A stretch of DNA of 64,000 nt from positions 1 to 64,000 of IMG/VR virus record IMGVR_UViG_3300042691_014085; one strand, given 5' to 3'. Below, in pieces: positions 45,860 through 56,018 of the stretch; the stretch's first letter is position 1, and every line of letters begins with the position of its first letter. This stretch comes from an uncultured virus (IMG/VR IMGVR_UViG_3300042691_014085) (Duplodnaviria; Heunggongvirae; Uroviricota; Caudoviricetes). The translations under genes were made by a program, and so were the position numbers. The notes under the pieces were generated by a model. That model was not told the DNA's origin. It ran no database searches and saw only the letters and a program-made list of their open reading frames with translations.

Positions 45860-46379
45860 CTGTAATCACTTCACCTTCTCTGGCAATACTTGACAGCCTT
45901 TGCATAATAAGATCTCTAACCTCTGGATGTGATGATGCAATGTCTTTTAGGATATTAACCAATACCTCTTGTCTTTTTTCTATCTCAACCATCTCTTCTG
46001 CTAGTTCTTTATTTTCTAATAAGCCTGCCTTTTGTAACATATCAATACGCTTAGATTCAATATCCATTACAAGTTTAATACCAGCAGTTTTTGCATTTAG
46101 ATTTGCTGTAGTTGTAGCATCCTCAATAACTTCATATGCTTTGGTAATAAGCTTATTGTAATGTGCATCTGCTCCAGCTAATGCCTCTTTAGCTCTAGCA
46201 CGAATTGCACTATTATCTGAAGCCATACGCTTCCACTCATCAAGATGGGCAACAACACGAGTCCTCGGCATACCCAAATCTTTAGAGATTCTGGTAGCAT
46301 CATTACCTTTTAAATATTCTTCTACAACACGGTTTACTTCATCAAGATGATTAATAAGTTCTACCTCAGTGTTTGTCAT
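45840..46379 (-). CDS. putative terminase small subunit
   Basis: N-terminal HTH, helical, directly upstream of terL. Confidence 0.6.
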   Translation of the reverse strand: MTNTEVELINHLDEVNRVVEEYLKGNDATRISKDLGMPRTRVVAHLDEWKRMASDNSAIRARAKEALAGADAHYNKLITKAYEVIEDATTTANLNAKTAGIKLVMDIESKRIDMLQKAGLLENKELAEEMVEIEKRQEVLVNILKDIASSHPEVRDLIMQRLSSIAREGEVITVVHDVQ

Positions 46380-46611
46380 AAATTCCCTCTAATCTTTTAA
46401 TTTCATCTTGTATATAAAAGATTGCCTTTTTAAGATCTTCTATTTGCGTATCTTCATTTTTTAGACCTGCTCTCCAAAGATACTTAAATGCATTGCCAAC
46501 ATTAAAATTACGATGACGAGTAATTTGAATACACTCAACACCAGACGGATCTGAAGTATAGTGAGTAGGATGATTTACCTGATCAACGGTAATATTAAAC
46601 TTTTCTGTCAT
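46366..46611 (-). CDS. DUF3310 (T7 gp1.7-like) protein
   Basis: VNHP.HY, GNAFKYLWRAG.K, EDLKKA.FY. Confidence 0.9.
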   Translation of the reverse strand: MTEKFNITVDQVNHPTHYTSDPSGVECIQITRHRNFNVGNAFKYLWRAGLKNEDTQIEDLKKAIFYIQDEIKRLEGIYDKH

Positions 46612-46763
46612 CTTTTTGATTTCCTTAATCCAAATTTAGCAAGGTAAACGTATATTGTTTCTAGGCTTGCCCCACACTCTTTCGCTATCTCTTGTGGAGT
46701 CTTTTTATCCATAACATATCGTTTACGAAGCCAGGATTCATTTGTATATAGTTTAGCAGCCAT
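46608..46763 (-). CDS. small HTH protein (51 aa, not in ORF track)
   Basis: LY.NE.WLRKRY..DKKT..EIAKECG.S..TIY..L.KFGL. Confidence 0.75.
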   Translation of the reverse strand: MAAKLYTNESWLRKRYVMDKKTPQEIAKECGASLETIYVYLAKFGLRKSKR

Positions 46764-46765
46764 AT

Positions 46766-47344
46766 CTAATCCTTGTCAAACTTAATAGCTTTTTCCCAAT
46801 TATGTATTGCCCAATGACCTATGCCACAGGCATCTGCAACATCGTTATCATCTATTTTTTTATCATAGATAATATCAATAAGTTTTGAAGTTCTTTCTTT
46901 TCTAATATTTCTTTCATAAGATTTATACCAAGAATCAGATTTTCCTGGGTTTGCAGACCTTATTGATATCTGCTCTTCTTTTGTAAGTCTTTTATTTCCC
47001 AGATAGTTTTGCCATGTAATTGGGGATACTCTGCCTATTTGATTTATTCCAGTCAATCCAATACCGCCAATAATTGCACCTTGTACCATTGCAAGATCTG
47101 CTGCAGTTTTGGGGGAATTCATAAACACCGTATGCTCAATAACTACTGCATCTATATTATATAATCTAAAAAATGCCCTAGTTTTTGCAGTAGCATCAAT
47201 AATTTTTTCATATATGTTATGTCCAAAAAATGCTACCTTGCCAGTTGTTGATAGCTTGTCATCAGCAAAAATAGCAAAAGCAATTGTATTTGTACTAGCA
47301 TCAATAGCACAAATATTTTTAGGTTTAATCTTGTTCATAATCAA
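46766..47344 (-). CDS. RuvC-like Holliday junction resolvase
   Basis: AIDAS, VIE, DVADA.GI. Confidence 0.85.
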   Translation of the reverse strand: MIMNKIKPKNICAIDASTNTIAFAIFADDKLSTTGKVAFFGHNIYEKIIDATAKTRAFFRLYNIDAVVIEHTVFMNSPKTAADLAMVQGAIIGGIGLTGINQIGRVSPITWQNYLGNKRLTKEEQISIRSANPGKSDSWYKSYERNIRKERTSKLIDIIYDKKIDDNDVADACGIGHWAIHNWEKAIKFDKD

Positions 47345-47621
47345 AATATCCTTTAATTTGCTTTAGCATTTTATTAACTTCTTTTTGTACAACATTACAG
47401 TTTGAGCAGAATCCTTCATCATTATATATTGATAAATTAACTCCGCACCCTCCAAGACATTTTCTTACTTTGCCTTTTCTTTTTAATCTTTTTGTTACTT
47501 GGTATCTCTCTGCAATTTTTTCTTTGGTTGCAATATCTCTACATTCATCTGAACAGTAAACCTGATAGCTTACCTTAGGACGAAAATATGTTTCACAATC
47601 AAATCTATTACAGAGTTTCAC
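47325..47621 (-). CDS. Cys-rich hypothetical protein
   Basis: YCSDEC, C.GGC, CSNC. Confidence 0.75.
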   Translation of the reverse strand: MKLCNRFDCETYFRPKVSYQVYCSDECRDIATKEKIAERYQVTKRLKRKGKVRKCLGGCGVNLSIYNDEGFCSNCNVVQKEVNKMLKQIKGYFDYEQD

Positions 47622-48441
47622 TCAATTCCTCCAAGGAAGCAATCTTAATTACTCCAGTGCCTGCTTCAACACATGCTTCTCTTACTGGGCAACCTTTACA
47701 AATCTTAGAGTTATTGCGATAATTTTTTATTGGAAGTTGCTGATCTTTCCAAGCTTGTCTAACTTCTCGCATCCAACTAAAAGCATTTTCAATCCATTGT
47801 TTATATCCATCATTTACTTCAACTGGAATAACCATAAGGTCATGTGTGTTTTTATTTTCATATATCAAAACACCCTTTGCCTTTTTTAATACCTTCATAT
47901 ATATTAATAGCTGTATTAAGTGTCCTGTCTTTGGTTTATTTGTTTTCTTACGATACTCATAGGCTTCACTCATCATTGTTTTAATTTCACCAACGATTTC
48001 TTCGCCTTCCCAATTAATCATGGCATCGCCATAACCAAAGATTGGCGGATCATCAGATATTACCTTAAACTCTGTTGTCTTTTCATTTTTATCATTGATA
48101 TATTCTTTTGCAACTCCAGCATCCAGCATTGCTTGTTGAATTCTGTCATGAGACATAGTTCCAGATTGCATATTTGCTGCACCATAAGCGTCTGTATCAT
48201 CTTGAAACACTGCCCCATTAAAAGCAATATACCAGTATCTTGGGCATTCTCCGTGTGAGTATGCAATTTGAGAAGGGGCAAACGCTTTCTTTTTCATATG
48301 CTTTGGGCCACGAGAAATAGTATATCCAGATTTAATCTTCTCAATTAATTGATCTGAATCTATAATTTTATCTTGTTTCTTTTTTATATTTTTGCTGTCT
48401 GATTCCTTAAGCATTACCTGCTTTAATAAATTTTTTGTCAT
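47608..48441 (-). CDS. Cas4-like PD-(D/E)XK exonuclease
   Basis: CPR, G..D...EIKT, QL..Y, C..CP....C. Confidence 0.85.
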   Translation of the reverse strand: MTKNLLKQVMLKESDSKNIKKKQDKIIDSDQLIEKIKSGYTISRGPKHMKKKAFAPSQIAYSHGECPRYWYIAFNGAVFQDDTDAYGAANMQSGTMSHDRIQQAMLDAGVAKEYINDKNEKTTEFKVISDDPPIFGYGDAMINWEGEEIVGEIKTMMSEAYEYRKKTNKPKTGHLIQLLIYMKVLKKAKGVLIYENKNTHDLMVIPVEVNDGYKQWIENAFSWMREVRQAWKDQQLPIKNYRNNSKICKGCPVREACVEAGTGVIKIASLEELSETL

Positions 48442-48474
48442 TATATTCCTTTTGTTATATATAAGTATATCAGA

Positions 48475-48789
48475 CTAGCGCATTATATACTTGAGAGCTG
48501 ACACCAAATTGTTGATTGACTCTGCTGCAGTATAGTATATATTTTTCTTTGCCCTGTCATTTTTATCTACATTTGCCATCCAAGTAGCTCTGAATGCCAT
48601 TTTTGATGCGATGGCTTGTAGTCTAACGATCTCTAATGTTGCCACATTCATAGGAATATCTGGCTTTATAATAAGCTTTGCTATCATGGTAAGAGCAGTA
48701 GTCAATTCTTCATCATTCATAAACTCTGCAATTTCAGATAAACCATTAACCATTTCTAACGTTGTTTTAGACTGTTCGTTATTATCCAT
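48475..48789 (-). CDS. hypothetical protein
   Basis: in recombination operon. Confidence 0.75.
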   Translation of the reverse strand: MDNNEQSKTTLEMVNGLSEIAEFMNDEELTTALTMIAKLIIKPDIPMNVATLEIVRLQAIASKMAFRATWMANVDKNDRAKKNIYYTAAESINNLVSALKYIMR

Positions 48790-49072
48790 TATATTCCCCT
48801 AACATATTTTCTAAAATTCCTACTTCTATAATTGCAAGACGAGTTTTTATTCCGCTATCGCCTAATACTACAACTATGGCTGGATCATTTCCATTCTTAA
48901 TAGCATCAGTAGTTGCTTTTGCCCAAACATCTTTATTAAGAGTAAATGACTTTGAATTTTCTTTAAAATCTACCGTAAAGTTTTCCCAAGTAGCATCACC
49001 TTTCTTGGTATTTCTACCAGAATTTTTATGCTGCTTAGCCCCCAACCTTTTACTCTCGTTCTTTTCGCTCAT
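48782..49072 (-). CDS. PD-(D/E)XK resolvase-like nuclease
   Basis: NSGR..KGD...VDFKE; probable start MSEKNE. Confidence 0.7.
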   Translation of the reverse strand: MSEKNESKRLGAKQHKNSGRNTKKGDATWENFTVDFKENSKSFTLNKDVWAKATTDAIKNGNDPAIVVVLGDSGIKTRLAIIEVGILENMLGEYNG

Positions 49073-49241
49073 AATCCTTTTTCTTTTTATATCCAACAGT
49101 ATAAAGTTGGCTTTTAGATAAATGTTTTTTACTACATATCCAAGTAGATTCTCCAGTTGCTGGATAAACCCTACATGTTTTAACTTCTTCCCCGCAAGTT
49201 CTACATGGAAACTTACCAGGATAGGTTGTATAGTTAGACAT
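49050..49241 (-). CDS. small zinc-ribbon protein
   Basis: CRTC...CSKKH. Confidence 0.65.
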   Translation of the reverse strand: MSNYTTYPGKFPCRTCGEEVKTCRVYPATGESTWICSKKHLSKSQLYTVGYKKKKDYERKERE

Positions 49242-50250
49242 TCATAACCTTGGACCTAATAGAATCTTGAAGGTTCAAATCTTCTTTAACTCTATTTACA
49301 AAAGCTTCTCTGCCTTGAACCTTTGTTCCATCTTCTAGATTATACCATGCCCCAGTTCTAGAAACAATGCCCATTAGCTCTGCCGTGTCAACAAGATCGC
49401 CGATAGAATCAACACCCACGCCATCGCCTCTAAAATAAAAATCATACTCGCCACCTTGAAAAGCAGGGGAAGTTTTAGAAAATTGTAGCTCCCATCTAAC
49501 TTTTCTTCCAATCTTTTCTTCAATTAATTTATCTCCAATCGCAATCTTTCCTTTAATCGCTTGGTTTTCGGATTCAGAAGAAAATAGCTTAACAACAGTT
49601 GAGGAATAAAACTTAGTAGCCTGACCACCAGTAGGCTGCTGGCTAGTATACATAGCATTAATATTATTACGAGACTGAGAAATAAGGATAAGCAAAGTTG
49701 GCTTAACTTTATTGTTTGCATAGTTAAGCATTTTCCATGCATTGCTAAAGTCTCTAGATTCTGCACCGATTTGTTTTGTGTTCTCCAACTGTTTGAGTTC
49801 ATCTGAATCCTTTTCAAAATAAATTGCAGGAAGAAGAGACGTAATAGAATCTACTACGATAAGATCAACACCAGCCTCCATAAGGTTTACGCCTACATCA
49901 ACCATTTCATTGATTGTTCTAGCCTGAGAAACAATAAGCTTTGATGTATCTACTCCAAGCTTTTCTGCCCAGTCTTTGTCATAAGACATTTCTCCATCTA
50001 TCCAAGCACAAACCTTTCCTTCTTTTTGTGCCAAAGCGATTGTTTGCAAGCATAGTGAAGATTTTGCACTTGATTTACTACCCCAGATAAGGACTTGACG
50101 ACCATACGGCAAACCACCATTCAGTGCTCTATTTAATCCAAAGCTTGGGGTTGCTGCGTATTCTGTTTTAGGAACAGCATCTCCAACTAATATGCTTTTC
50201 CTCAACTTAGGATTTAATTGTGCTAAAACATCTTCTACATTTACTACCAC
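49234..50250 (-). CDS. recA: RecA-like recombinase
   Basis: GGLPYGR, IVVDS, ISQ.R, PTGG.A.KFYSS, GAWY. Confidence 0.95.
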   Translation of the reverse strand: MVVNVEDVLAQLNPKLRKSILVGDAVPKTEYAATPSFGLNRALNGGLPYGRQVLIWGSKSSAKSSLCLQTIALAQKEGKVCAWIDGEMSYDKDWAEKLGVDTSKLIVSQARTINEMVDVGVNLMEAGVDLIVVDSITSLLPAIYFEKDSDELKQLENTKQIGAESRDFSNAWKMLNYANNKVKPTLLILISQSRNNINAMYTSQQPTGGQATKFYSSTVVKLFSSESENQAIKGKIAIGDKLIEEKIGRKVRWELQFSKTSPAFQGGEYDFYFRGDGVGVDSIGDLVDTAELMGIVSRTGAWYNLEDGTKVQGREAFVNRVKEDLNLQDSIRSKVMNV

Positions 50251-50567
50251 TAGAATCTTACTCCGTGCTTCTTTGGTCTATTGGAGTTTATCTCCATCTT
50301 TTCTTTAATTGCATAATCAAGAGACTTTTTCATATACCCTGCATCTACCATACCAGCATAAAGATCAAGGGTACGAATAATAATATCTGCAAACTCATCA
50401 GACAGCTTATCTGGATCCATGTCTTTACGAACAACTTCCATTGCCTCTACAACCTCTGAAACAATCATCATCATTTGTTTTGCTACAAATATTTCATCTG
50501 CTGGTCTATCCCAAAAACCTTTTGCCTTTGCATTGTCGTGTATTTGTTCTGCTAGTTCATCAAACAC
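50250..50567 (-). CDS. MazG-like NTP pyrophosphohydrolase
   Basis: SEVVEAMEVVRK, EFADIIIRTLD. Confidence 0.85.
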   Translation of the reverse strand: MFDELAEQIHDNAKAKGFWDRPADEIFVAKQMMMIVSEVVEAMEVVRKDMDPDKLSDEFADIIIRTLDLYAGMVDAGYMKKSLDYAIKEKMEINSNRPKKHGVRF

Positions 50568-53500
50568 TTACTACATCCTCCATTATCACTGTGCCATCTT
50601 TTGTTTTACCCAAACTAAACTTATAAATATTTCCAGCTTGTACATGCATATATGCTTTTGGAAATGCTGTAGGAAATACAGTTATTGCATGCAATTCTCT
50701 ACCAGAATCTGCCACTGTAAGAGATGCCATCTTCTTACCAGCCTTAGTGACTCTAGGCTTAAACGAAACAACAAACATCTCATCATCTTTATATGGCAAC
50801 ATCTTATAGTTTAAAAACTTTATCAAAGCATCGGAAGAATTATGTACTTCATCAACAGGTACTGCAGAAACAACCCTATTATCATTTGCAAGAATGATAT
50901 AAGTGCGACCAGCCTCAATAGCGGTGTTTTCATCGTCAAATATACCGACAGAGCCAGTTTTGTCCAGAACTTCAACTCTTGACCATCCTTTAGATCTCTT
51001 AATTGATTTTACCATACCCATTAAAATGAATGCACCCTTTTCCTCATATTCTTCAATGTCGTTAAGGTATGCGTGATAATGCTGTGGTATTGGCATATTA
51101 AACTCAGGAAGATTTAAGTAGTCATATAGGTTTTCTCTAACCTTCTCTGGATTAGATGGATTGTCATTAAATGTAAGCGCACCTACGGCATTCATGGCCT
51201 GTAGTGCACGAGAATTTACACCATTGCCTTTTGTAAAAGTAAATTCCTCTACTTCTTTGTATGAGCTAAATGGACGAGCAGCAATATACCTGTCAGCAAT
51301 AGTATCAGAGATGTACTTAATGGCAGAAAGACCGAATCTAATACCCTTACCTTCAATTTTAAAATCTTTATCCGAATCATTAATATGAGGCAACTTAATT
51401 GGAATGCCCATTCTTTTCGCTTCAATCAAATATTCCGTTCTCGTGTCTTTATCCTTCTCATTCTTGAGAAGTGAATACATAAACTCTATTGGGTAGTGGT
51501 ATTTGAGCCACGCTGTCCAGTAAGAGAGCGTAGAGTAAGCAACCGCATGAGACTTGTTGAACGAGTACCCCGCATGTGCCTCAAAATCATGCCACAAATC
51601 CAGAGCGGCATTAGGAGCAATATAAGCAGAAGCGCCCTTAACAAACTTGTCCTGGAATGCATTGAACTCTCTGGCATCTTTTTTCTTACCAATAATCTTT
51701 CTTACCTTATCAGCCTCTGCCATTGTCATACCGCCAAGATGTACACAGGCTTGCATGACTTGCTCCTGATATAGGATACACCCATATGTATCTTCTGTGA
51801 ATTCCTTTAAAATTTGATGCATGTAGTCAATATTTTGTCTTCCATGCTTACGAGCAATATAATCTTTACCAATTGTATTCATAGCCCCTGGGCGAACCAA
51901 GGCATTGGATGCAGCAAGTTCAGAAAGATTATTTACTCTCATCTTGACAAGAAGATTTGTATATGGTGTTGCTTCGCATTGGAATACACCCTTGGTATAT
52001 CCATCTGAAAGCATTTGATAAACATTTTTATCATCCATATCAATATTCAGTAAATCAATCTTTTTGCCATGTCTTTCATCAATAATATCAATAGTATCTT
52101 TAAGAACACTAAGAGTCTTTAAACCTAAAGCATCAATTTTAATAAGACCTATGCGCTCTGCCTCTTCCATATCTACCGCCACTACAGGCATACGCTCATC
52201 AGATCCAGTCACACTTCTTGTTTCAAGTGGTGCGTGTTTAAAGATAGGTTCTTTGCTTGTAACAACTCCTGCAGCATGTACACCAGTTCCTCTAATGCGA
52301 CCACGAAGCTGATCTCCATAGTTTACGACCTCTGGATATTTTTCACGAAACCAGGCAGAATTCTTGGATGTACAAAAATCATCCCACGTATCAACTGTTT
52401 TTAAAACTTTGTTAACATCTGATAAAGGAATATTTAAAGCTCTAGAAACATCTCGTACAACACCTTTATCCTTAAACTCTAAAAATGTAGCAATAGATGC
52501 AACATGACGATATTGTTTAACAAGATAATCTTTTACCTCATCACGCCTTGAGTCTTGAATATCTGTATCAATATCTGGAAAGTCATTACGCTCTGGATTA
52601 ATAAATCGGAAGAATAGGAGATCATGTTCAATGGGATCAATATCTGTAATACCGATAAGGTAACACAAGAGTGATCCTGCAGATGATCCACGACCTGGAC
52701 CTACCATGATGCCTTCTTTTTTTGCCCAGTTAATCATATTACGGACTACAAGAAAGTACGGACCAAAATTCTTTTGATCAATAATGTCTAGTTCTTCATT
52801 AAGTCTAGTTTCATATATATCACTTCCAAGCCAATTAGATGTAAGCTTTTTTTCTTCCATTGCTTCCCAAGCAAGGTTTTTGAGTTCTTCCATAGGTTTA
52901 CGATATTGAACTGGTAGCAAATTAAGACCAGACTTAATATCATAATCTTCTACTTTGTTTGCAATCTCTAATGTACTAGCAAACATCTCGTCATTATCTA
53001 TACCCTGCTTTGCCATACATGCTTTCATTTCATCATATGACAAAAGGTGAATATCAAAAGATCTAAATGACATTTGACGATCTGCCCCATAAAGATAGTC
53101 AAGCCTGTCCATCATGTCTTTATGCTTTTGTGATTTATCATATGTAACATCTTTTTGTAATTTAGCATGCGTATTTAGGATAAGCATTAACTCTTGTATT
53201 TCTTTTTGGCTTGTATCTGAGTGATGACAGTCTGGTGTTACAACTATCTTTACACCCATGGACTTAGCTAAATCAATTAATCCTTTATTAACTCTTTCAG
53301 GATTATGAGGCATAACCTCAATATAGTAATCATCGCCAAATGTATTTTTAAACCACGCTATGTGCTTTTTAGCAATAGCAAGCTCATCTAGTTCTACCGC
53401 TTTTGCAATCCAGCCACTTAGGCAAGCAGATGTAACAATAATACCTTCTTTATATTTCTCTAATGTTTCAAAATCAAATCTTGGCTTACTAAAAAATCCT

Positions 53501-53847
53501 TCAGTCCAAGCAATCTCATTAATTTTATTTAGATTTTCTAAACCTTGTTGGTTCTTGGCAAGAAGAACTATATGATGATAGTTTTGATCTAATGGATCTG
53601 TTCTATCTGCCTTCGCCCTATTATCAAAGCGATTGCTTGTCATATAGCCTTCTATGCCAAGAATAGGTTTAATACCTGCTTCTTTCGCAAGACGATACAT
53701 TTCACGATGCCCAGAAAGCGTTCCATGATCTGTAATTGCAATTGCTGGCATTCCCAGCTCAAGTGCTCTTTTTACATATTCTTGCGGAGTAGCCACACCA
53801 TCCATCAATGAGTAATGAGTGTGGACATGAAGCCCAACATAGTTCAT
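50560..53847 (-). CDS. dnaE: DNA polymerase III alpha subunit
   Basis: HVHTHYSLMDG PHP domain, GRGSSAGS, PDIDTD, YSFNKSHA. Confidence 0.97.
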   Translation of the reverse strand: MNYVGLHVHTHYSLMDGVATPQEYVKRALELGMPAIAITDHGTLSGHREMYRLAKEAGIKPILGIEGYMTSNRFDNRAKADRTDPLDQNYHHIVLLAKNQQGLENLNKINEIAWTEGFFSKPRFDFETLEKYKEGIIVTSACLSGWIAKAVELDELAIAKKHIAWFKNTFGDDYYIEVMPHNPERVNKGLIDLAKSMGVKIVVTPDCHHSDTSQKEIQELMLILNTHAKLQKDVTYDKSQKHKDMMDRLDYLYGADRQMSFRSFDIHLLSYDEMKACMAKQGIDNDEMFASTLEIANKVEDYDIKSGLNLLPVQYRKPMEELKNLAWEAMEEKKLTSNWLGSDIYETRLNEELDIIDQKNFGPYFLVVRNMINWAKKEGIMVGPGRGSSAGSLLCYLIGITDIDPIEHDLLFFRFINPERNDFPDIDTDIQDSRRDEVKDYLVKQYRHVASIATFLEFKDKGVVRDVSRALNIPLSDVNKVLKTVDTWDDFCTSKNSAWFREKYPEVVNYGDQLRGRIRGTGVHAAGVVTSKEPIFKHAPLETRSVTGSDERMPVVAVDMEEAERIGLIKIDALGLKTLSVLKDTIDIIDERHGKKIDLLNIDMDDKNVYQMLSDGYTKGVFQCEATPYTNLLVKMRVNNLSELAASNALVRPGAMNTIGKDYIARKHGRQNIDYMHQILKEFTEDTYGCILYQEQVMQACVHLGGMTMAEADKVRKIIGKKKDAREFNAFQDKFVKGASAYIAPNAALDLWHDFEAHAGYSFNKSHAVAYSTLSYWTAWLKYHYPIEFMYSLLKNEKDKDTRTEYLIEAKRMGIPIKLPHINDSDKDFKIEGKGIRFGLSAIKYISDTIADRYIAARPFSSYKEVEEFTFTKGNGVNSRALQAMNAVGALTFNDNPSNPEKVRENLYDYLNLPEFNMPIPQHYHAYLNDIEEYEEKGAFILMGMVKSIKRSKGWSRVEVLDKTGSVGIFDDENTAIEAGRTYIILANDNRVVSAVPVDEVHNSSDALIKFLNYKMLPYKDDEMFVVSFKPRVTKAGKKMASLTVADSGRELHAITVFPTAFPKAYMHVQAGNIYKFSLGKTKDGTVIMEDVVSV

Positions 53848-53850
53848 ATA

Positions 53851-54504
53851 TTACCAGTCAACGTTTGTTGAAGTAACAGAAGGTGTATCAAATCCAAAGT
53901 AAAATGCTTCTTGCTCTGGATAGGGGACCTCACGAACAACCTTCTCAAGGTTAAATGGCTCAACGCCATCCCACTTGAAAGGCTCTGCATCTGGAGCTGC
54001 TGGGATCAAGGTGTAATTTGTTTCAGTTCCCTGACCATTTCTTTTTAGCTTCCACTGCACATTTGATACGCTGCCAGTCTCTAGTGCGTACTCACGGATT
54101 GTATTAAAAGCAGATTGCTTACTAATACCCTGCGACCATACAGCCACATAGGGGTCTTCTAGACCATCATCAACAAGAACATTGGTATAGAAGCGTAGAC
54201 GGGCTCTCCAGCCGCTCTTAGGCTCTTTACGGGCCATCTCACAGCCGAAGCAACGCCCCTCAGAGTCCTGGGTGCAGGCTGCCTTACGCTTATAATCCTT
54301 TGGATTGGTATGCTCTGATACCACAACGGCTAGACCACGATCCTCTGTAAAGTGTGCAGAGTCAGAATCTAGTTCATTAACAAATCTAATCTTTGCAGAC
54401 TGACCATCTGCCAATTTAACCCAACGAACCTTAAGTCCAGAACCTTCTGACTTAGGCTTATCTACTAATGCGTTTATGTTTTTTAATCCTTTTACGATTG
54501 CCAT
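53851..54504 (-). CDS. single-stranded DNA-binding protein
   Basis: L.DG.S.KIRF, Zn-ligand Cys, R.G.GT.T.Y; position between primase and dnaE. Confidence 0.7.
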   Translation of the reverse strand: MAIVKGLKNINALVDKPKSEGSGLKVRWVKLADGQSAKIRFVNELDSDSAHFTEDRGLAVVVSEHTNPKDYKRKAACTQDSEGRCFGCEMARKEPKSGWRARLRFYTNVLVDDGLEDPYVAVWSQGISKQSAFNTIREYALETGSVSNVQWKLKRNGQGTETNYTLIPAAPDAEPFKWDGVEPFNLEKVVREVPYPEQEAFYFGFDTPSVTSTNVDW

Positions 54505-54531
54505 TTTGTTTTGTTTCTCCTTGTGTTTTTT

Positions 54532-55461
54532 CTATTGTAGCATAGCGATAATTGAATTGTCAAACTTGTACTCAAGTTTTCTAATTGATTCATCATCCAT
54601 GTCGCCAATATCTTTATATTTTTTATCTATATTTATTATTGTTATTTGTGATCCAAGTTTATCAACAAGCTTTTCTGACATTGTTTTTCCTGCATCATCG
54701 TTATCTGCAATCAAAACTATGTTGTTAAAATATTTTTTAAGCAACTCAGTTTGAGATACAGAAACATTAGCCCCGAGCGTTGCGACTGCTGGGAAACCTA
54801 CCTGATCTAATCTAATGGCATCAAAAGAAGACTCCACTAGATATACTGTTTCAGAATTTTTAATTCTGTGTAAATTAAATAATACCTTACTCTTTGGAAG
54901 TCCTGGGGTATTCTTAAAATCTTTTCCTTCTACAGATCTGCCAACAAAACCTATACACATACCATCAGGTGAGTGAACTGGAACTGTAACATAGTCTTGT
55001 TTTTCAGAATAGCCTAAACTAAATCTAGAAATAGATTCTTTCGTTATCTTTCTACCCTCAAAATATCTTACGGCCCTTGGTGATTCAAGCGCTTGCATAT
55101 TAAGTCTTTTAATAAGCAATTCATCAAATTGAACAAAATCTGGCTTTGTATATAATGCTTTATTTATTGTTAAAGATATATCTGATTCTTTCTCTTTACT
55201 TTTAATATATCTTAATGCCTCAAAATATGTTCTACCACTAACCTGCATAACAGTCTCTAGTAAATCTGCAACTTTTTGACATGAAAAACAAAACAGCATG
55301 CCATTGTATTTATTTATTTCTGCTGCAGCAGTTCTAGAGTTATTATGAAATGGACAAAATACAATGTATTCTAGTCCTACTTCAGATTCAACATCAATTC
55401 CAATGCCAGCCAAAACACGCTTGACCTGATCTTCTGTGTATGAATCTTTAATCTTACTCAT
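54532..55461 (-). CDS. DNA primase
   Basis: CPFH..CFSC zinc finger, TOPRIM VESSFD and DNDDAG. Confidence 0.9.
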   Translation of the reverse strand: MSKIKDSYTEDQVKRVLAGIGIDVESEVGLEYIVFCPFHNNSRTAAAEINKYNGMLFCFSCQKVADLLETVMQVSGRTYFEALRYIKSKEKESDISLTINKALYTKPDFVQFDELLIKRLNMQALESPRAVRYFEGRKITKESISRFSLGYSEKQDYVTVPVHSPDGMCIGFVGRSVEGKDFKNTPGLPKSKVLFNLHRIKNSETVYLVESSFDAIRLDQVGFPAVATLGANVSVSQTELLKKYFNNIVLIADNDDAGKTMSEKLVDKLGSQITIINIDKKYKDIGDMDDESIRKLEYKFDNSIIAMLQ

Positions 55462-55462
55462 T

Positions 55463-56017
55463 TTAATAGTACGGCCCCAATAAACTATATCCTATAGTAT
55501 ACCTTAATCCAGATTTTGTTTCAAGTACACCGTGCATGTTGTTCATTTTATAATATGCCATATCGCCAGCTTTTGGTTTATAGGCGTATCCGTGCTCTGG
55601 AAAAAATAGTTCGCCACCTTCATAATCATCATTAATATATAGTTGAGCAATAAAACTGTCTATTCGTGAATCTGTAATATCTTGATGAGCGTTCATTGGA
55701 ATAGATGGTAAAAGTTTTGATGCTGTTATTGTGTTTCGTAATGGCTCCATCTTATTCATATTGTTTTTTTTCATAAAATCAATAAGAGACTGATTTAGTA
55801 TGTTATAAAACATTGCACGAACCTCAAGCGATGTATAGCTATCACGCCTATCGTACAAGGCTGGTATCTCCATAGTTTGATGTGGTCTACGCTCTACATG
55901 TTCAAATGGATAGGAGTCTTTGCTTACCTTTTCTAAAATATCAATCCAGTAGTTTGGGTCTATATCATTAGAATAAACAGTAACAATACCATTATCAATT
56001 CTTGGAGTTATAGTCAT
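55463..56017 (-). CDS. 2OG-Fe(II) oxygenase
   Basis: HQD, YINDDYEGGEL.F, HGV....G.RY; probable start MTITP. Confidence 0.85.
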   Translation of the reverse strand: MTITPRIDNGIVTVYSNDIDPNYWIDILEKVSKDSYPFEHVERRPHQTMEIPALYDRRDSYTSLEVRAMFYNILNQSLIDFMKKNNMNKMEPLRNTITASKLLPSIPMNAHQDITDSRIDSFIAQLYINDDYEGGELFFPEHGYAYKPKAGDMAYYKMNNMHGVLETKSGLRYTIGYSLLGPYY

Positions 56018-56018
56018 A

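Noticed and set aside
47608..48441. Cas4-like gene as evidence of a CRISPR-Cas system
   Set aside because: No cas1/cas2 and no repeat-spacer array seen; it sits in the RecA/resolvase operon like stand-alone phage exonucleases
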